Virus record (IMG/VR): IMGVR_UViG_3300021091_000012
DNA length: 64,000 nucleotides
Direction: 5' to 3' (one strand)
DNA from: a virus
The notes under the pieces were generated by a model. The model saw only the letters and a program-made list of their open reading frames with translations. It was not told the DNA's origin and did not search any database. The position numbers and the translations under genes were made by a program. This document shows positions 17,891-27,545 of this stretch, one piece after another. Position 1 is the first letter of the stretch; every line of letters starts with the position of its first letter.

Positions 17891-18553
17891 TTATACTGCT
17901 TTTATTCCCATCTTTCCGACAAAATCAGCTACCTCTCCTGTTTTAACAGTAGCCATTGCTGCTTCTAATGCTCCAAGAGAAAAGCTTCCACCATGGGCAG
18001 CGCCGGTTATAGCACCTTTAAATGCACTAATTGCTCCGACTCCACTATAAACAGCTAGTGCCGCAATAATTGTATAGTATAATGCCGTTGCTGCTTTGAG
18101 TTGAGCAGCATCGTCTGTTATGTTTGCTTTTTTGAACACCCCAGATACTTTTAAAATCCACTTAATACCCATAACATATGCCTTGTGCCATCTGTGAGTA
18201 AATTCAATAATGTTGTGAGCAAACTCCTCCTCACTACCTTTGGCTTGTCCAGGCTTCACTAAACTCTTCCATACAGACACTATCTTACCAATACCTTTTA
18301 CAAAAACTTGCACGACTTTTGGCGCTGCTAGTATGATACCAAGAATACCAATAATACCTAGTGCTTCATTTACCTCACCTTGCGATTGCTCAACGTCTTG
18401 CTGTATCTCATCTTTATTAGCTTCAAATTCAGCTCCTAGTGTTTTGAATGCGCCACCCATAGCAGCGTCCATCGCTGCTATTTGTTTTTTATTTTCCTCC
18501 TCCCTTAGAATTGATTCTACTAAAAAACTAAGTTTTATTGCATCTGCTCTCAC
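17891..18553 (-). CDS. Putative head-internal protein with hydrophobic helices
   Basis: Likely GTG start at 18553 (MRADAIKLSFLVESILRE). Hydrophobic segments ALGIIGILGIILAAP and ALYYTIIAALAVYSGVGAISAF. Confidence 0.55.
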   Translation of the reverse strand: MRADAIKLSFLVESILREEENKKQIAAMDAAMGGAFKTLGAEFEANKDEIQQDVEQSQGEVNEALGIIGILGIILAAPKVVQVFVKGIGKIVSVWKSLVKPGQAKGSEEEFAHNIIEFTHRWHKAYVMGIKWILKVSGVFKKANITDDAAQLKAATALYYTIIAALAVYSGVGAISAFKGAITGAAHGGSFSLGALEAAMATVKTGEVADFVGKMGIKAV

Positions 18554-18947
18554 TTTTTTTAAAAAAAGATTTTGCTTGTTCTGTAATGTCATCAAAACCT
18601 ATAAGAATATCTACATCATCTGGCTTTACAGTTGCTAATATTCCGTTTTTTGTTATCTTCTTAGCTACTGCAGTGTTGTTTCTGAAGTTAGCTGTATTAT
18701 ACTTTTTAGCAGCTGATATATCAAACTTGAAGCTTAATGCATCTTCTGCAGGTGCTGCTTTCTTCTCTTTGTCTTTCTCCTCTTCACCACCAGCGTCAGC
18801 ACCAGCTTTTGGATCAGCCTCAGCTTCCTTATCTCCACCTCCTGCATTGGCGGCTGCAAAAGGATTGCCTTCTTCCTCTGCCTCAAAGATGTACTCGTCT
18901 AGTACTTCGTTGATGAGCTTTAATGTTAATTTATGTGCTCTATTCAT
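18528..18947 (-). CDS. Hypothetical protein (probable head-internal)
   Basis: LINE/LDE/IFE N-terminus, acidic linker and a small C-terminal domain. Confidence 0.6.
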   Translation of the reverse strand: MNRAHKLTLKLINEVLDEYIFEAEEEGNPFAAANAGGGDKEAEADPKAGADAGGEEEKDKEKKAAPAEDALSFKFDISAAKKYNTANFRNNTAVAKKITKNGILATVKPDDVDILIGFDDITEQAKSFFKKSESRCNKT

Positions 18948-18948
18948 G

Positions 18949-19308
18949 TTAGTGAATTTCGTAGTATCTACCTAAAGTACCTCCCATCTCTTCGTACAAA
19001 GCCTCTAGTCTTTGTTGTAGTTTGGCAATTTCACCCACAGTCTTTTTAAATGCCTCGTTGTTGGAACGAAGAGACTTCATATTTCGTTTCACAGTGACTT
19101 CATCAAACCATTCCTCGGTTTCTTGTAAAGCAATACGCTCAGCGTTCTCAACAATCTTACTAATTTTTTCAGCTGCTTCGCGCATGCCTTCTGTACGGTA
19201 GATAATCTTACCATACTCACTAAACTGAGAAACTTCTTGTAAGAATGCTGCTTTCTCATTTAAGGTAGTTTTTTGGTCGATGCTTTCTTTTATTTTCTTG
19301 AGTTTCAT
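18949..19308 (-). CDS. Hypothetical coiled-coil head-associated protein
   Basis: MKLKKIKES...LNE...LQE; immediately downstream of the protease gene. Confidence 0.65.
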   Translation of the reverse strand: MKLKKIKESIDQKTTLNEKAAFLQEVSQFSEYGKIIYRTEGMREAAEKISKIVENAERIALQETEEWFDEVTVKRNMKSLRSNNEAFKKTVGEIAKLQQRLEALYEEMGGTLGRYYEIH

Positions 19309-19309
19309 A

Positions 19310-19927
19310 TTACATTACTGAGATTATATCACTGATTAGTGAGTTAATTTTTGAATACTTGTTTGATTTTTCTTGGTTTGTACCTTCGTTTAATGATGGA
19401 GACATAAATGCTCCTTGAGTTGATGGATTACTTACTAAGTCCCAGCATACGATTTCGAAGTCATCTTGAACTTCCACCTTACCCTCTCCTAGGTTTTTTA
19501 CCGATCCCATTCCTCGAGATGAAATGCCTAAACGAATTCCTGCTCGTAGCAACTCTTTTGCAATGTTTCCTGATGGTGTTGCTAGAATTTCAATTTTACC
19601 CATTAAATCGGTTCCTTGCCACCACAGATCTAATACGTTGTGCGAAACATTGGCAAGATTAACTACTTGTGATTCTGGATGATCTAATTCTCCTAAAGCT
19701 CTTCGCTCTTTAATAAAAACGTTTTTATATTTTTCGCATTCACGCTTTAGTATGGGTAATGGATAGCTTCTACCATTTTGATTGAAGTTCTGCTCGCTGC
19801 CATTACTACCACGCTGCATAACACCTACTACAACGACCTTACCTTCATTTTTGGCCATTGACTCCGTGATTTGTTCCGGAGTTATTTGGATAGATCCAAT
19901 ATAGTCTACTAATACTGCTTTATTCAT
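19310..19927 (-). CDS. gp21: Prohead protease (T4 gp21-like)
   Basis: NQNGRSYP, ALGELDHP, GISSRGMGS, WDLVSNPSTQGA. Confidence 0.95.
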   Translation of the reverse strand: MNKAVLVDYIGSIQITPEQITESMAKNEGKVVVVGVMQRGSNGSEQNFNQNGRSYPLPILKRECEKYKNVFIKERRALGELDHPESQVVNLANVSHNVLDLWWQGTDLMGKIEILATPSGNIAKELLRAGIRLGISSRGMGSVKNLGEGKVEVQDDFEIVCWDLVSNPSTQGAFMSPSLNEGTNQEKSNKYSKINSLISDIISVM

Positions 19928-20667
19928 GGTTTAAATTCTTTGGCTATAGTTTGAATTAACTCTTGTTCTTGATTCATGGTTCCAAGTCTAATCTCCTCAT
20001 CGTAGGCTTGATAGAGCACCTCACCATTGCGATAATCTACAGCGTATGGTTCGCCTTCAATCATAATGTCAAATTCATACCAATCGACTCCAAGCTGATT
20101 ATGATCAATGTCCATTGATTTAATGGGTATTCCAGCTTTAGTAAAAACTTGTGCCAATCTATCTTTGACTACGTTGGCTGCTAGTTCTTTTAGGTTTGCT
20201 AGCTGTCCTACTTTTTTGTTAACTTCAGATAGCTTTGATTTCATTTTAAGAATCGCTTCTGTTGTCTTTTTCCAATACTTTGAATTATCTACAGCTGACT
20301 CTTGTTTTAATTTTATGCTGTGGTCTAGTGCTTGTGAGATTTCTCTTAACATTTTATTCACCTCTAATACTCTTCGATTAATTTTTTGCACTTGAGTATT
20401 AGTGCTGTCTTCTTTGAAGGTTTTGTAGTTTAATTCGTACAATTTAATACTGTGCTTTTTCTCAGAAGATGGTTTGATAGAAAATGAGTATTGATCATCT
20501 TTTACATCGATTGCCTTTGTTCCATCTCCACCCTCTTCTCCAGTCCAAGCTGCTGCAGTCAAAAATCCTGGAATATTGGCTGTTGTACTACCCTCTTTGC
20601 GTAATTTCTTAATATAAGAACGAACCTCGTCTATCTCCTCTCTTGTAAGTTTTTTTTTACTTGACAT
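19924..20667 (-). CDS. Hypothetical head-module protein
   Basis: 247-aa ORF overlapping both neighbours, located between portal and protease. Confidence 0.65.
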   Translation of the reverse strand: MSSKKKLTREEIDEVRSYIKKLRKEGSTTANIPGFLTAAAWTGEEGGDGTKAIDVKDDQYSFSIKPSSEKKHSIKLYELNYKTFKEDSTNTQVQKINRRVLEVNKMLREISQALDHSIKLKQESAVDNSKYWKKTTEAILKMKSKLSEVNKKVGQLANLKELAANVVKDRLAQVFTKAGIPIKSMDIDHNQLGVDWYEFDIMIEGEPYAVDYRNGEVLYQAYDEEIRLGTMNQEQELIQTIAKEFKP

Positions 20668-21511
20668 TTTTAAGTTCTTTTAGGAGTTCGTGATACAATA
20701 ACAAACATAAAACATTTTCTTCTTTTACTGTTTTAACCTTAGAAAAAGAGGAAAGCATATTGCTAACTTCGTTAAGTTTGATTTTTGTTACTTTGTCTGT
20801 AATAGTTGGGATGTATTTTTTAATACTAGCCTTTAGTAGGTCTGCTTCTTTGATTAAGAAGTTTTTTAAAGACACCGTATTAGACACATTGTTAATGTAT
20901 TCTTTGAGTATTGCTCTTTGTTTTAACGATAAGCCTGCATATTTTTCATTGAACTTGTCAATCATCAACTTATAAGCTAGTAACCTTACTTCCTCATCTT
21001 GCTTAATGTAATCTTCTGCAAAAGAGCTACTCTCGTTAAGTATCTTACTCCTTTTCTTGGTAAGATGTTCTAACAAAGTAAAGCGGCTTCTCACCACATC
21101 TGCAGCTTTTGTGATTATTGCACCCTCAAATATCCGATAAATAGATGCATACAGCTTGTATTCGTTTAAATTGGTTTTGAAGAAATCTGAGAGATTGTAA
21201 TGCTTTTTAATCTCCTTGATTAGTATGTATTTCGATTCGCCTAATGCTTTTGTGTTAAGTTTATTTCTCAGCTTAACTACTGTATTAATTAAATAATTTG
21301 CTTTGTCTTGTGATGAATATTTTTCACTCAACAGTGTTTGATAAAGCATCAACTCTTTTGTGAGTAATGTATTAGGTTTAAAATGTTCTCGAATCAGTGT
21401 AAGAGCGGGAGACTTGTCTACACCCTTTATAGTGTCGGCTGCTACTTGTCTTGTTAGTAGTTCAAACAAAATAGCGGTATTTTTAATCTTAGAGTGTGTT
21501 GACTTTTTCAT
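20657..21511 (-). CDS. Hypothetical helical head-module protein
   Basis: HSKIKNTAILFELLTRQ N-terminus; TATTTATT 5 nt upstream. Confidence 0.7.
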   Translation of the reverse strand: MKKSTHSKIKNTAILFELLTRQVAADTIKGVDKSPALTLIREHFKPNTLLTKELMLYQTLLSEKYSSQDKANYLINTVVKLRNKLNTKALGESKYILIKEIKKHYNLSDFFKTNLNEYKLYASIYRIFEGAIITKAADVVRSRFTLLEHLTKKRSKILNESSSFAEDYIKQDEEVRLLAYKLMIDKFNEKYAGLSLKQRAILKEYINNVSNTVSLKNFLIKEADLLKASIKKYIPTITDKVTKIKLNEVSNMLSSFSKVKTVKEENVLCLLLYHELLKELKNVK

Positions 21512-21536
21512 CTAGTAATAAATATGCCCTAAAAGT

Positions 21537-23405
21537 TTATTCCTCTTGTAATAGATTGTCTTCGCTTAACAAATCCGGATCTTTTGCAGCATTTTCGTTT
21601 TTAAGATCGTAGGTTTCTTTCAATGCTTGCCCTTTACCTCCCATATACTTTTCCAGAGAGCTGAGCAACGTGCGATTAGATTCTATTCGTTTTTCTTGTT
21701 CATAAACCTTTCGGATACTTTTGTTACCTAGAGGATCCCATCCTAGCGGATGTTTGTGTGTTGCATATGATCCAGGTTCTTCGGGACGTCCAGCACCTGG
21801 CCATCCGCCTTCAGGCATCTTTTCATCGTATCCTTTTGGAACTCCTCCATTACCTTTGTATAACGATGCCAAGTCGTGTGGCGTTCCAAATGACTGACCA
21901 GTTTTAGATGGATCGTTTCCTTCTGTCTTAATTTGTTCTATTCTAAACTGTTCTTTAGTATCTCGCACAATTCTATCTTGTTCTTCCATCCACTGCTGCT
22001 CGCTCAAATTGAATAAATTTTCATACACCCAATACCTACTGAATAGTTTCTTCTCCACCATATCGCCAGCTAAAGTTACTTTAGATGTCCATAGTTCTAT
22101 TTTTTCTTTTTCGTAGATAGATGACGGAGCTGTTAGGTTAAGGGTAAAGTCAACTAGGTCCTCGTCTTGAAAGCCCTGAGCGTATAAATGCACCAAAGCA
22201 ATTTTATATAATTCAGATACTACAATCTTTTGTACTCTTTCGATTGTTCTGGCAAATCTAAAATCTTGAGAAGCTAAAGTAGCTTTTCCGGTCGTATCTT
22301 CCTCATAACCTAAGTATGCTTTGGGAATTTTTAGAGATCCTAACAATCTATTTTTTAGGTAGTCAATATCCGCAATAGAGTCATACTGAATGCCTGCAAG
22401 TGATTCGATTGCAGTACCGCTTTCTGCACCACGAACTGGAAGGTAAAAATCTTCTAGTAAGTTTTGCATATTATACTTTAGGTTGTACTCTCCAGATTCC
22501 GGATCTACATACGGTACTTTTTGCATTTTACTAGTCATTGACTCCATAAATGCGTCAACTTCGGCTGGAGGGATGTTGCCTATATCAATCTTAAATATAC
22601 GCTTATCTGGTGCACGCATAATACGATGGATCAACATTGCATCTTCCATTAAAGTTATCTGCTTCCATACCTTTCTTGATGGTTCAATTATAGATCGACC
22701 ATAAGGTAAAAAATTAGTATCAGTGAGCAGCCTAAAATGTGCAATCTCATAATTATCAAACTCTTCACTGTTTTTAGCTGAAGAGACTGAATATGCTGAA
22801 GAAAGTGCTGTAAAGTCGCGTTTGAACTTTATTTCATTTGGATCTTCTGGATTCATTCCTTCTTCTCGAATCATCTCATATGCTGAAATTGGTTCTACTC
22901 CAATTACACCATACTGCTCAGCTATATTTAGCTTTAAAAAGAAATCACCATATTTTACAGTGTTACGGATCCATGGCCACAAATTAAATTCAATGTTTAG
23001 GATGTCATAGAATAAGTTGTGTAATACTCTTTGTACTTTTTCATTTGAAGATTGTACCGTTAATACATCTCCAAACTCATTTTTAGCTGTACATTCGTCA
23101 GCGTATATATCAAGAGCAGATGCAATGATGCTATCTGTGTCCATTGATTCATAGTCACGGAACAGCTCTAGTCGAGTGTAGAGTTGCAGTTGACCGGCAT
23201 GCATTGACATGCTACCCGGCATTGTTGAATGTAATCTGGAGTATCGGTCAACTCTTCTGTTAGTTTTTAAGTTGCCGTCTGATTGTATTTTATTTGTGTC
23301 GATAACCTTAAGCTGGTTACCTCCTACATTTCGAATAATTACATCAGTACTAAATAGACGTCTTAGTCTGCCAAATATTGACTGTGATTGTTGATTTTCA
23401 GCCAT
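21537..23405 (-). CDS. gp20: Portal protein (T4 gp20-like)
   Basis: MEDAMLIHRIMRAPDKRIFKIDIGN, EDFYLPVRG, LKIPKAYL. Confidence 0.95.
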   Translation of the reverse strand: MAENQQSQSIFGRLRRLFSTDVIIRNVGGNQLKVIDTNKIQSDGNLKTNRRVDRYSRLHSTMPGSMSMHAGQLQLYTRLELFRDYESMDTDSIIASALDIYADECTAKNEFGDVLTVQSSNEKVQRVLHNLFYDILNIEFNLWPWIRNTVKYGDFFLKLNIAEQYGVIGVEPISAYEMIREEGMNPEDPNEIKFKRDFTALSSAYSVSSAKNSEEFDNYEIAHFRLLTDTNFLPYGRSIIEPSRKVWKQITLMEDAMLIHRIMRAPDKRIFKIDIGNIPPAEVDAFMESMTSKMQKVPYVDPESGEYNLKYNMQNLLEDFYLPVRGAESGTAIESLAGIQYDSIADIDYLKNRLLGSLKIPKAYLGYEEDTTGKATLASQDFRFARTIERVQKIVVSELYKIALVHLYAQGFQDEDLVDFTLNLTAPSSIYEKEKIELWTSKVTLAGDMVEKKLFSRYWVYENLFNLSEQQWMEEQDRIVRDTKEQFRIEQIKTEGNDPSKTGQSFGTPHDLASLYKGNGGVPKGYDEKMPEGGWPGAGRPEEPGSYATHKHPLGWDPLGNKSIRKVYEQEKRIESNRTLLSSLEKYMGGKGQALKETYDLKNENAAKDPDLLSEDNLLQEE

Positions 23406-23429
23406 TCAATGTCTTTTTTAAATAAATAG

Positions 23430-25019
23430 TCATAACAACCAGTTAATGTCCTCATCATTGCCTTGTGCAGTTCTTACTTTGTAGCTACGATTACCAAAAG
23501 TAGGCTTGTATATTGATACTGTAGATTTTATGTTGTTTACTGCCATTCGGTTTAGCTCAATTCCTGCCTGCTTTAATCTTAAAGCCGTGTCTCGAACCCA
23601 CAATCCTTGGCAGAAACTCATAACCAAGTCATCATTGTAGCCGGAGGCAGCTTCTGGTCTACCGGCTTTGTATATAAATACAAATAATTCGTCTAATAAA
23701 CGCTTACTTCTTATTATACAACTATTCTCTCGAATATACAACTCCATCTTAGATATTGTCAAAGGTCTTACTTTATGTGAGTTGGTGAAACCAGCAACCA
23801 TATCTTTTTTGTCTGTTAGATCATATCCCTTTATAAGAAACTTATCTGAATCTAATCCACTATCTTTTGGTGTATAATATAGGTTTTTATATCCACGTTC
23901 TATGATCTGTTGTAGTGTTGCCCAACCTACGTTCGCATTTTCAACTACTAGCAAAGCGTCGTTGTACTCCGTTCCAACAGCAACTAGCATATTACCAAAG
24001 TCTTTGGTCGATATCTGACCTTTGTATTCGGCAACTTGAGTGCATGATTCTATATCAATCACATGGAATGCAGAGTAATCCGATCCATCACCTCTTGCAA
24101 CGTCAGCTGCTACCAAATAGCTTCTAGTGTAGTCAGGAACCTCCCACACCCATAAATTACCATCAAATCCTCTTTTTTCAATAGGCTCTTTTGCAAAGGT
24201 ATTCGTGTAGTGAGTTATTAAGTCTGGAGAAACGACTGTATTTCCAGAAGTACTAAAATCACAGTCACACTCCTGTGCTGCTAATCTTGCTCCTAACTCT
24301 GCCTCTTGCCTATCTCGCCATGCTTGATCTCTTTCCGGATGGACGGTCCATGGTAGTCTTAATGTTTTAAATTTGTTATCTCCAGCCTCAGCTTTTGCCC
24401 ACATTTTGTGAAAAAAGTTACCAGTTCCATTTGGAGTTGATAGTAATACACCTTGACCACCCGTTGATAGCGTTTGCTGTAGTGAAGCCCAGAGCTCCTC
24501 TGCACCATCAACGAAAGCTGCCTCATCTATGATCACAAGCGATAACGCTTCAGATCGACCCGACGTTCCAGTACTAGATACGGCTTTGATTTGTGATCCA
24601 TTTGACAACCTCATTGAGAGTTTGTTACTCTCAACCGCCTTCAACTTTAACCAGCTAGGTAAGTTGTCGAACATTACTCGCACCTTTGTTACGAGGTTTT
24701 TAGATGTATTTTGGTCAATTGCAACTACAAGTACGTTTTTGTCATTTTGAAATAAAATCATCCAAAGTGCATAACCGGCAATCAGTGTTGAAATACCAAG
24801 CTGCCTAGACTTTAATATAATTGTTCTATCATTTTCTTGAAAGTCTTGTAATGCTCCTTCCTGATACGGATATAGGTGGAATAGAATTTTACCTCGAGTG
24901 GGGTGCTGGATCACACAATACTTTTTCATAAAGTAAGATGCAGAGCGAGCACACTTTATGTACTCCTCTTTGATTATCTCCTTTAGCGTTTTTTGTTGAT
25001 CCGACATATTATTTGACAA
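23430..25019 (-). CDS. gp17: Terminase large subunit (T4 gp17-like)
   Basis: LYPYQ, KSRQLGIST, IIDEAAF, STPNG, ADVARGDGSDYS, GYNDDLVMS. Confidence 0.95.
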   Translation of the reverse strand: MSNNMSDQQKTLKEIIKEEYIKCARSASYFMKKYCVIQHPTRGKILFHLYPYQEGALQDFQENDRTIILKSRQLGISTLIAGYALWMILFQNDKNVLVVAIDQNTSKNLVTKVRVMFDNLPSWLKLKAVESNKLSMRLSNGSQIKAVSSTGTSGRSEALSLVIIDEAAFVDGAEELWASLQQTLSTGGQGVLLSTPNGTGNFFHKMWAKAEAGDNKFKTLRLPWTVHPERDQAWRDRQEAELGARLAAQECDCDFSTSGNTVVSPDLITHYTNTFAKEPIEKRGFDGNLWVWEVPDYTRSYLVAADVARGDGSDYSAFHVIDIESCTQVAEYKGQISTKDFGNMLVAVGTEYNDALLVVENANVGWATLQQIIERGYKNLYYTPKDSGLDSDKFLIKGYDLTDKKDMVAGFTNSHKVRPLTISKMELYIRENSCIIRSKRLLDELFVFIYKAGRPEAASGYNDDLVMSFCQGLWVRDTALRLKQAGIELNRMAVNNIKSTVSIYKPTFGNRSYKVRTAQGNDEDINWLL

Positions 25020-25446
25020 GGATTACCGTTATCAGCGTTGTCATTGTTGCAATTAAACCACCTCCTAAGCCTTTAACCCAACCTTGCAAATTTTCATTCT
25101 TCTTTTGCAAAGTGTTTACGTCGTTTTGTAATTCCAAAACTCTAGTAGAAGCTGTTTTATACTTCTCCTCGTGAGTACCAATTTCTTTAAGATAGGTTGT
25201 TATTTTTTCTTCGTTTGAATTTATAATGCTATCCTTTATTGTTAGCTTTGTTTGTGTTCTTTCCAGCACAAATAGAGTTTTATTGTGCTCAGCCACGAGT
25301 GAGTCTAATCGAATTAAATCCTGAGCCACTTTGCGAGCCTTGCTGATGGGCATGCAAACTTGTGGTTCGTTATTTGTAGCGTTTTGAGAAAAAGTCGTCA
25401 AGCTCACTAGCAGAGTAACGACCAGCATTTTTAATTTTCTTGTCAT
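25009..25446 (-). CDS. Exported coiled-coil protein with a C-terminal hydrophobic anchor (spanin-like partner)
   Basis: Signal peptide ending TFS/Q, coiled coil and hydrophobic C-terminus; overlaps the upstream gene. Confidence 0.5.
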   Translation of the reverse strand: MTRKLKMLVVTLLVSLTTFSQNATNNEPQVCMPISKARKVAQDLIRLDSLVAEHNKTLFVLERTQTKLTIKDSIINSNEEKITTYLKEIGTHEEKYKTASTRVLELQNDVNTLQKKNENLQGWVKGLGGGLIATMTTLITVILVK

Positions 25447-25720
25447 AATAGTTTCTGATTTCGATTATTTTATTTTCTGCTGAATCTATTTGCAAATCCA
25501 GTCTTCTAATGTCCAGCTCATAGTTTGCAATCTTTTTATCTAGATCAAGCTGTTTGGTTTTATAATCGATTATCACGCTATTCAGACTGTCAATTTTATG
25601 AATGTAAGCTGAATTGTCTACTACTGTTTTAGAAAAGTTGCGTGTAATTAAAATGTAACCAATCAATATGATCGCTATTGCAGCTAATATTAAATTTGTT
25701 TTTGTAACCTCTATTTTCAT
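25370..25720 (-). CDS. Type II membrane coiled-coil protein (i-spanin-like)
   Basis: N-terminal TM segment LILAAIAIILIGYILI followed by a coiled coil. Confidence 0.5.
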   Translation of the reverse strand: MKIEVTKTNLILAAIAIILIGYILITRNFSKTVVDNSAYIHKIDSLNSVIIDYKTKQLDLDKKIANYELDIRRLDLQIDSAENKIIEIRNYYDKKIKNAGRYSASELDDFFSKRYK

Positions 25721-25724
25721 ATAA

Positions 25725-26168
25725 TTACTTAATGTTTATACTTCGCTTATTCATCTCATTACCGAGGTTGCGTGACATTACTTTTTCAGCAGCTTCGATT
25801 TCATCTTGAGCGTACGCCAGCGCATAGTCGTCTATAAGATCCGACAAATCATCTAACACTTGCGGAAATATTCCAGGTACGTTTTTTCTTATATTCTTAA
25901 ACCAGTCAGCCAACGCTTGTTTAGCTTTTTTTACTTCTGCGCTATCAGCACTGTGTATTGGAAAGTAGGAAGTACCACCATGTCCCATAGAAAGTGCTTC
26001 AGTTTTAGCTGAGTAGTTTTTGTCTACGTAGTTGAAAAACTCTTTCTTTCTAACTGGATCTTTAAGATCTGCAGGAGAAGAAATATCAAATTTTTTCATT
26101 GTTTTTTGGAAAAACTCCTGATATGCAGTGTCTTCCTTTAGTTTTTTTATGATGTGTGAAGTTTTCAT
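25725..26168 (-). CDS. Hypothetical protein (probable head-internal)
   Basis: MKTSHIIKKLKE leader followed by a YQEFF...KKEFFNYVD domain. Confidence 0.6.
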   Translation of the reverse strand: MKTSHIIKKLKEDTAYQEFFQKTMKKFDISSPADLKDPVRKKEFFNYVDKNYSAKTEALSMGHGGTSYFPIHSADSAEVKKAKQALADWFKNIRKNVPGIFPQVLDDLSDLIDDYALAYAQDEIEAAEKVMSRNLGNEMNKRSINIK

Positions 26169-26545
26169 TAGTTGACTGTATTATTTCGGATTCCTTTTAA
26201 TAGATTCAATCTCTCTTCACTTGTAGTAGTAAAACGCTCTACTATTTGTGATATTATATCAACCAAGTCATCTGTACTTGGTGTTCCAGTGGATTGAGTC
26301 AACTTGCGGATAAACATATCTGTTGCCGCTTGAAAGTCCGGATTCAGACCCTCTTCCTCTTCGGGAGCTGGCTCTGGTTGTGCTGGTTTCTGTTTTGGTT
26401 CTTCTTTTGGTGGTTCTGGTGTTGCAGCGGTATTAGGCGTAGCTGCGTCCACAGCATCCTCTTCAGCTTCTTTGATCATCTTTCTTACAAGAATGCGAAC
26501 TGCTTCTCGCAATGCTCTTTCTTTAGTCAACTTAGTTTTCTTCAT
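26168..26545 (-). CDS. Hypothetical protein (probable head-internal)
   Basis: LRE...MIKE leader and a Pro/Glu linker. Confidence 0.6.
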   Translation of the reverse strand: MKKTKLTKERALREAVRILVRKMIKEAEEDAVDAATPNTAATPEPPKEEPKQKPAQPEPAPEEEEGLNPDFQAATDMFIRKLTQSTGTPSTDDLVDIISQIVERFTTTSEERLNLLKGIRNNTVN

Positions 26546-26922
26546 TATTTTAAAAATCTTAGTTTATATATTGTTGAGTTAATTAACTCGTTGATTGTAT
26601 CTAATTGATTTTGGATATACGTATCCTTGACAGTAGAGTGTACTTCTTCAACTTTCTTGCCTAACGCCTTCAAATAAGTAACAACTTGATCTCCACTTTT
26701 GTATGTCTGAAGTCCTGGACACTCATAAGATGATATAATGTCGTATTTTCCTTGGTATGCTTCTACTAGTTTATCAATTAAATCTACAATATTATTGTAA
26801 TACACGCTATAAGCTATATGCTCTGCATACGACCTTGTTTGTAGGTGAAATACATGCACTTGAGTTCTTGAGTGCAGTAAATATGATATTAATTTTTCTA
26901 AATTCTTATTCATTGTTGTCAA
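26545..26922 (-). CDS. Ferritin/Dps-like four-helix protein (DUF5856-like)
   Basis: HVFHLQTRSYAEH, DKLVEAYQG, IQNQLDTI...YKLRFL. The start may be at 26913. Confidence 0.7.
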   Translation of the reverse strand: MTTMNKNLEKLISYLLHSRTQVHVFHLQTRSYAEHIAYSVYYNNIVDLIDKLVEAYQGKYDIISSYECPGLQTYKSGDQVVTYLKALGKKVEEVHSTVKDTYIQNQLDTINELINSTIYKLRFLK

Positions 26923-27313
26923 TTAGTCCAAGAAATTTAGTAGTTTTAGCATCAAAAGTTTTTTTATCTTTTGGATCAAAGTACACTACTTCAACTGCGC
27001 CATCTTTCATCTTCATTTTGCAAACAGCAGCATCTGTCTTTTCAAGTCCGGTCGAAGTGTAGATCAGGCCAAACACAGCCTCTTTCTCCGTTACTTTGGC
27101 CATGATCTGCGCATCGGTGAATATTAGCTCTAACGCACCAAGATCCTCAAGATCGGCTATGAAAATGTGTTCTTCATTTTTTGTGCCAAGAAACTTAAAT
27201 AGAGGTTTGTAGCCATGCTTTGTTTGAAATTCACGGAAGAATGGTACAGCGATCAATTCAGGATTGCTAGCTTGATCTACTTCCCGTAGGGGTATAAGAT
27301 TAATAAGCTTCAT
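26906..27313 (-). CDS. Hypothetical protein (probable head-internal)
   Basis: MKLINLIPLRE leader; TATTTATT at 27331-27338. Confidence 0.65.
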   Translation of the reverse strand: MKLINLIPLREVDQASNPELIAVPFFREFQTKHGYKPLFKFLGTKNEEHIFIADLEDLGALELIFTDAQIMAKVTEKEAVFGLIYTSTGLEKTDAAVCKMKMKDGAVEVVYFDPKDKKTFDAKTTKFLGLIDNNE

Positions 27314-27518
27314 TGTTAGAGCGTTTCTTTAATAAATAGTACAATATGAAGAAGAACGCCGAAGCGCAGTAAAAAATTAAATCCGTAATCCAATAAGAAC
27401 CTGTCCAGTCCATTACCATCTTGAAAAGCGCGTCGAATCCAAGTGGGTTGAAAAATGTTGCTAAGATCAGGGTCAGGCTTGGAAGGATCTCCTTCTTCTT
27501 GTTTTTTTTGACTATCAC
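27300..27518 (-). CDS. Small two-TM membrane protein (holin/antiholin candidate)
   Basis: Basic N- and C-termini flank two hydrophobic segments (FFNPLGFDALF loop). Confidence 0.55.
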   Translation of the reverse strand: MIVKKNKKKEILPSLTLILATFFNPLGFDALFKMVMDWTGSYWITDLIFYCASAFFFILYYLLKKRSNNEAY

Positions 27519-27545
27519 TATCCATGTTAATTACTCTGATTAATA

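Noticed and set aside
18554-18567. T7-A7 run as a frameshift joining 18528-18947 to 17891-18553
   Set aside because: A GTG start directly after the A-run explains the downstream ORF, and its leader matches the other cargo proteins. A frameshift is not excluded but is unsupported.
27316-27525. 69-aa alternative-frame ORF
   Set aside because: It overlaps the more protein-like two-TM ORF 27300-27518 almost entirely.
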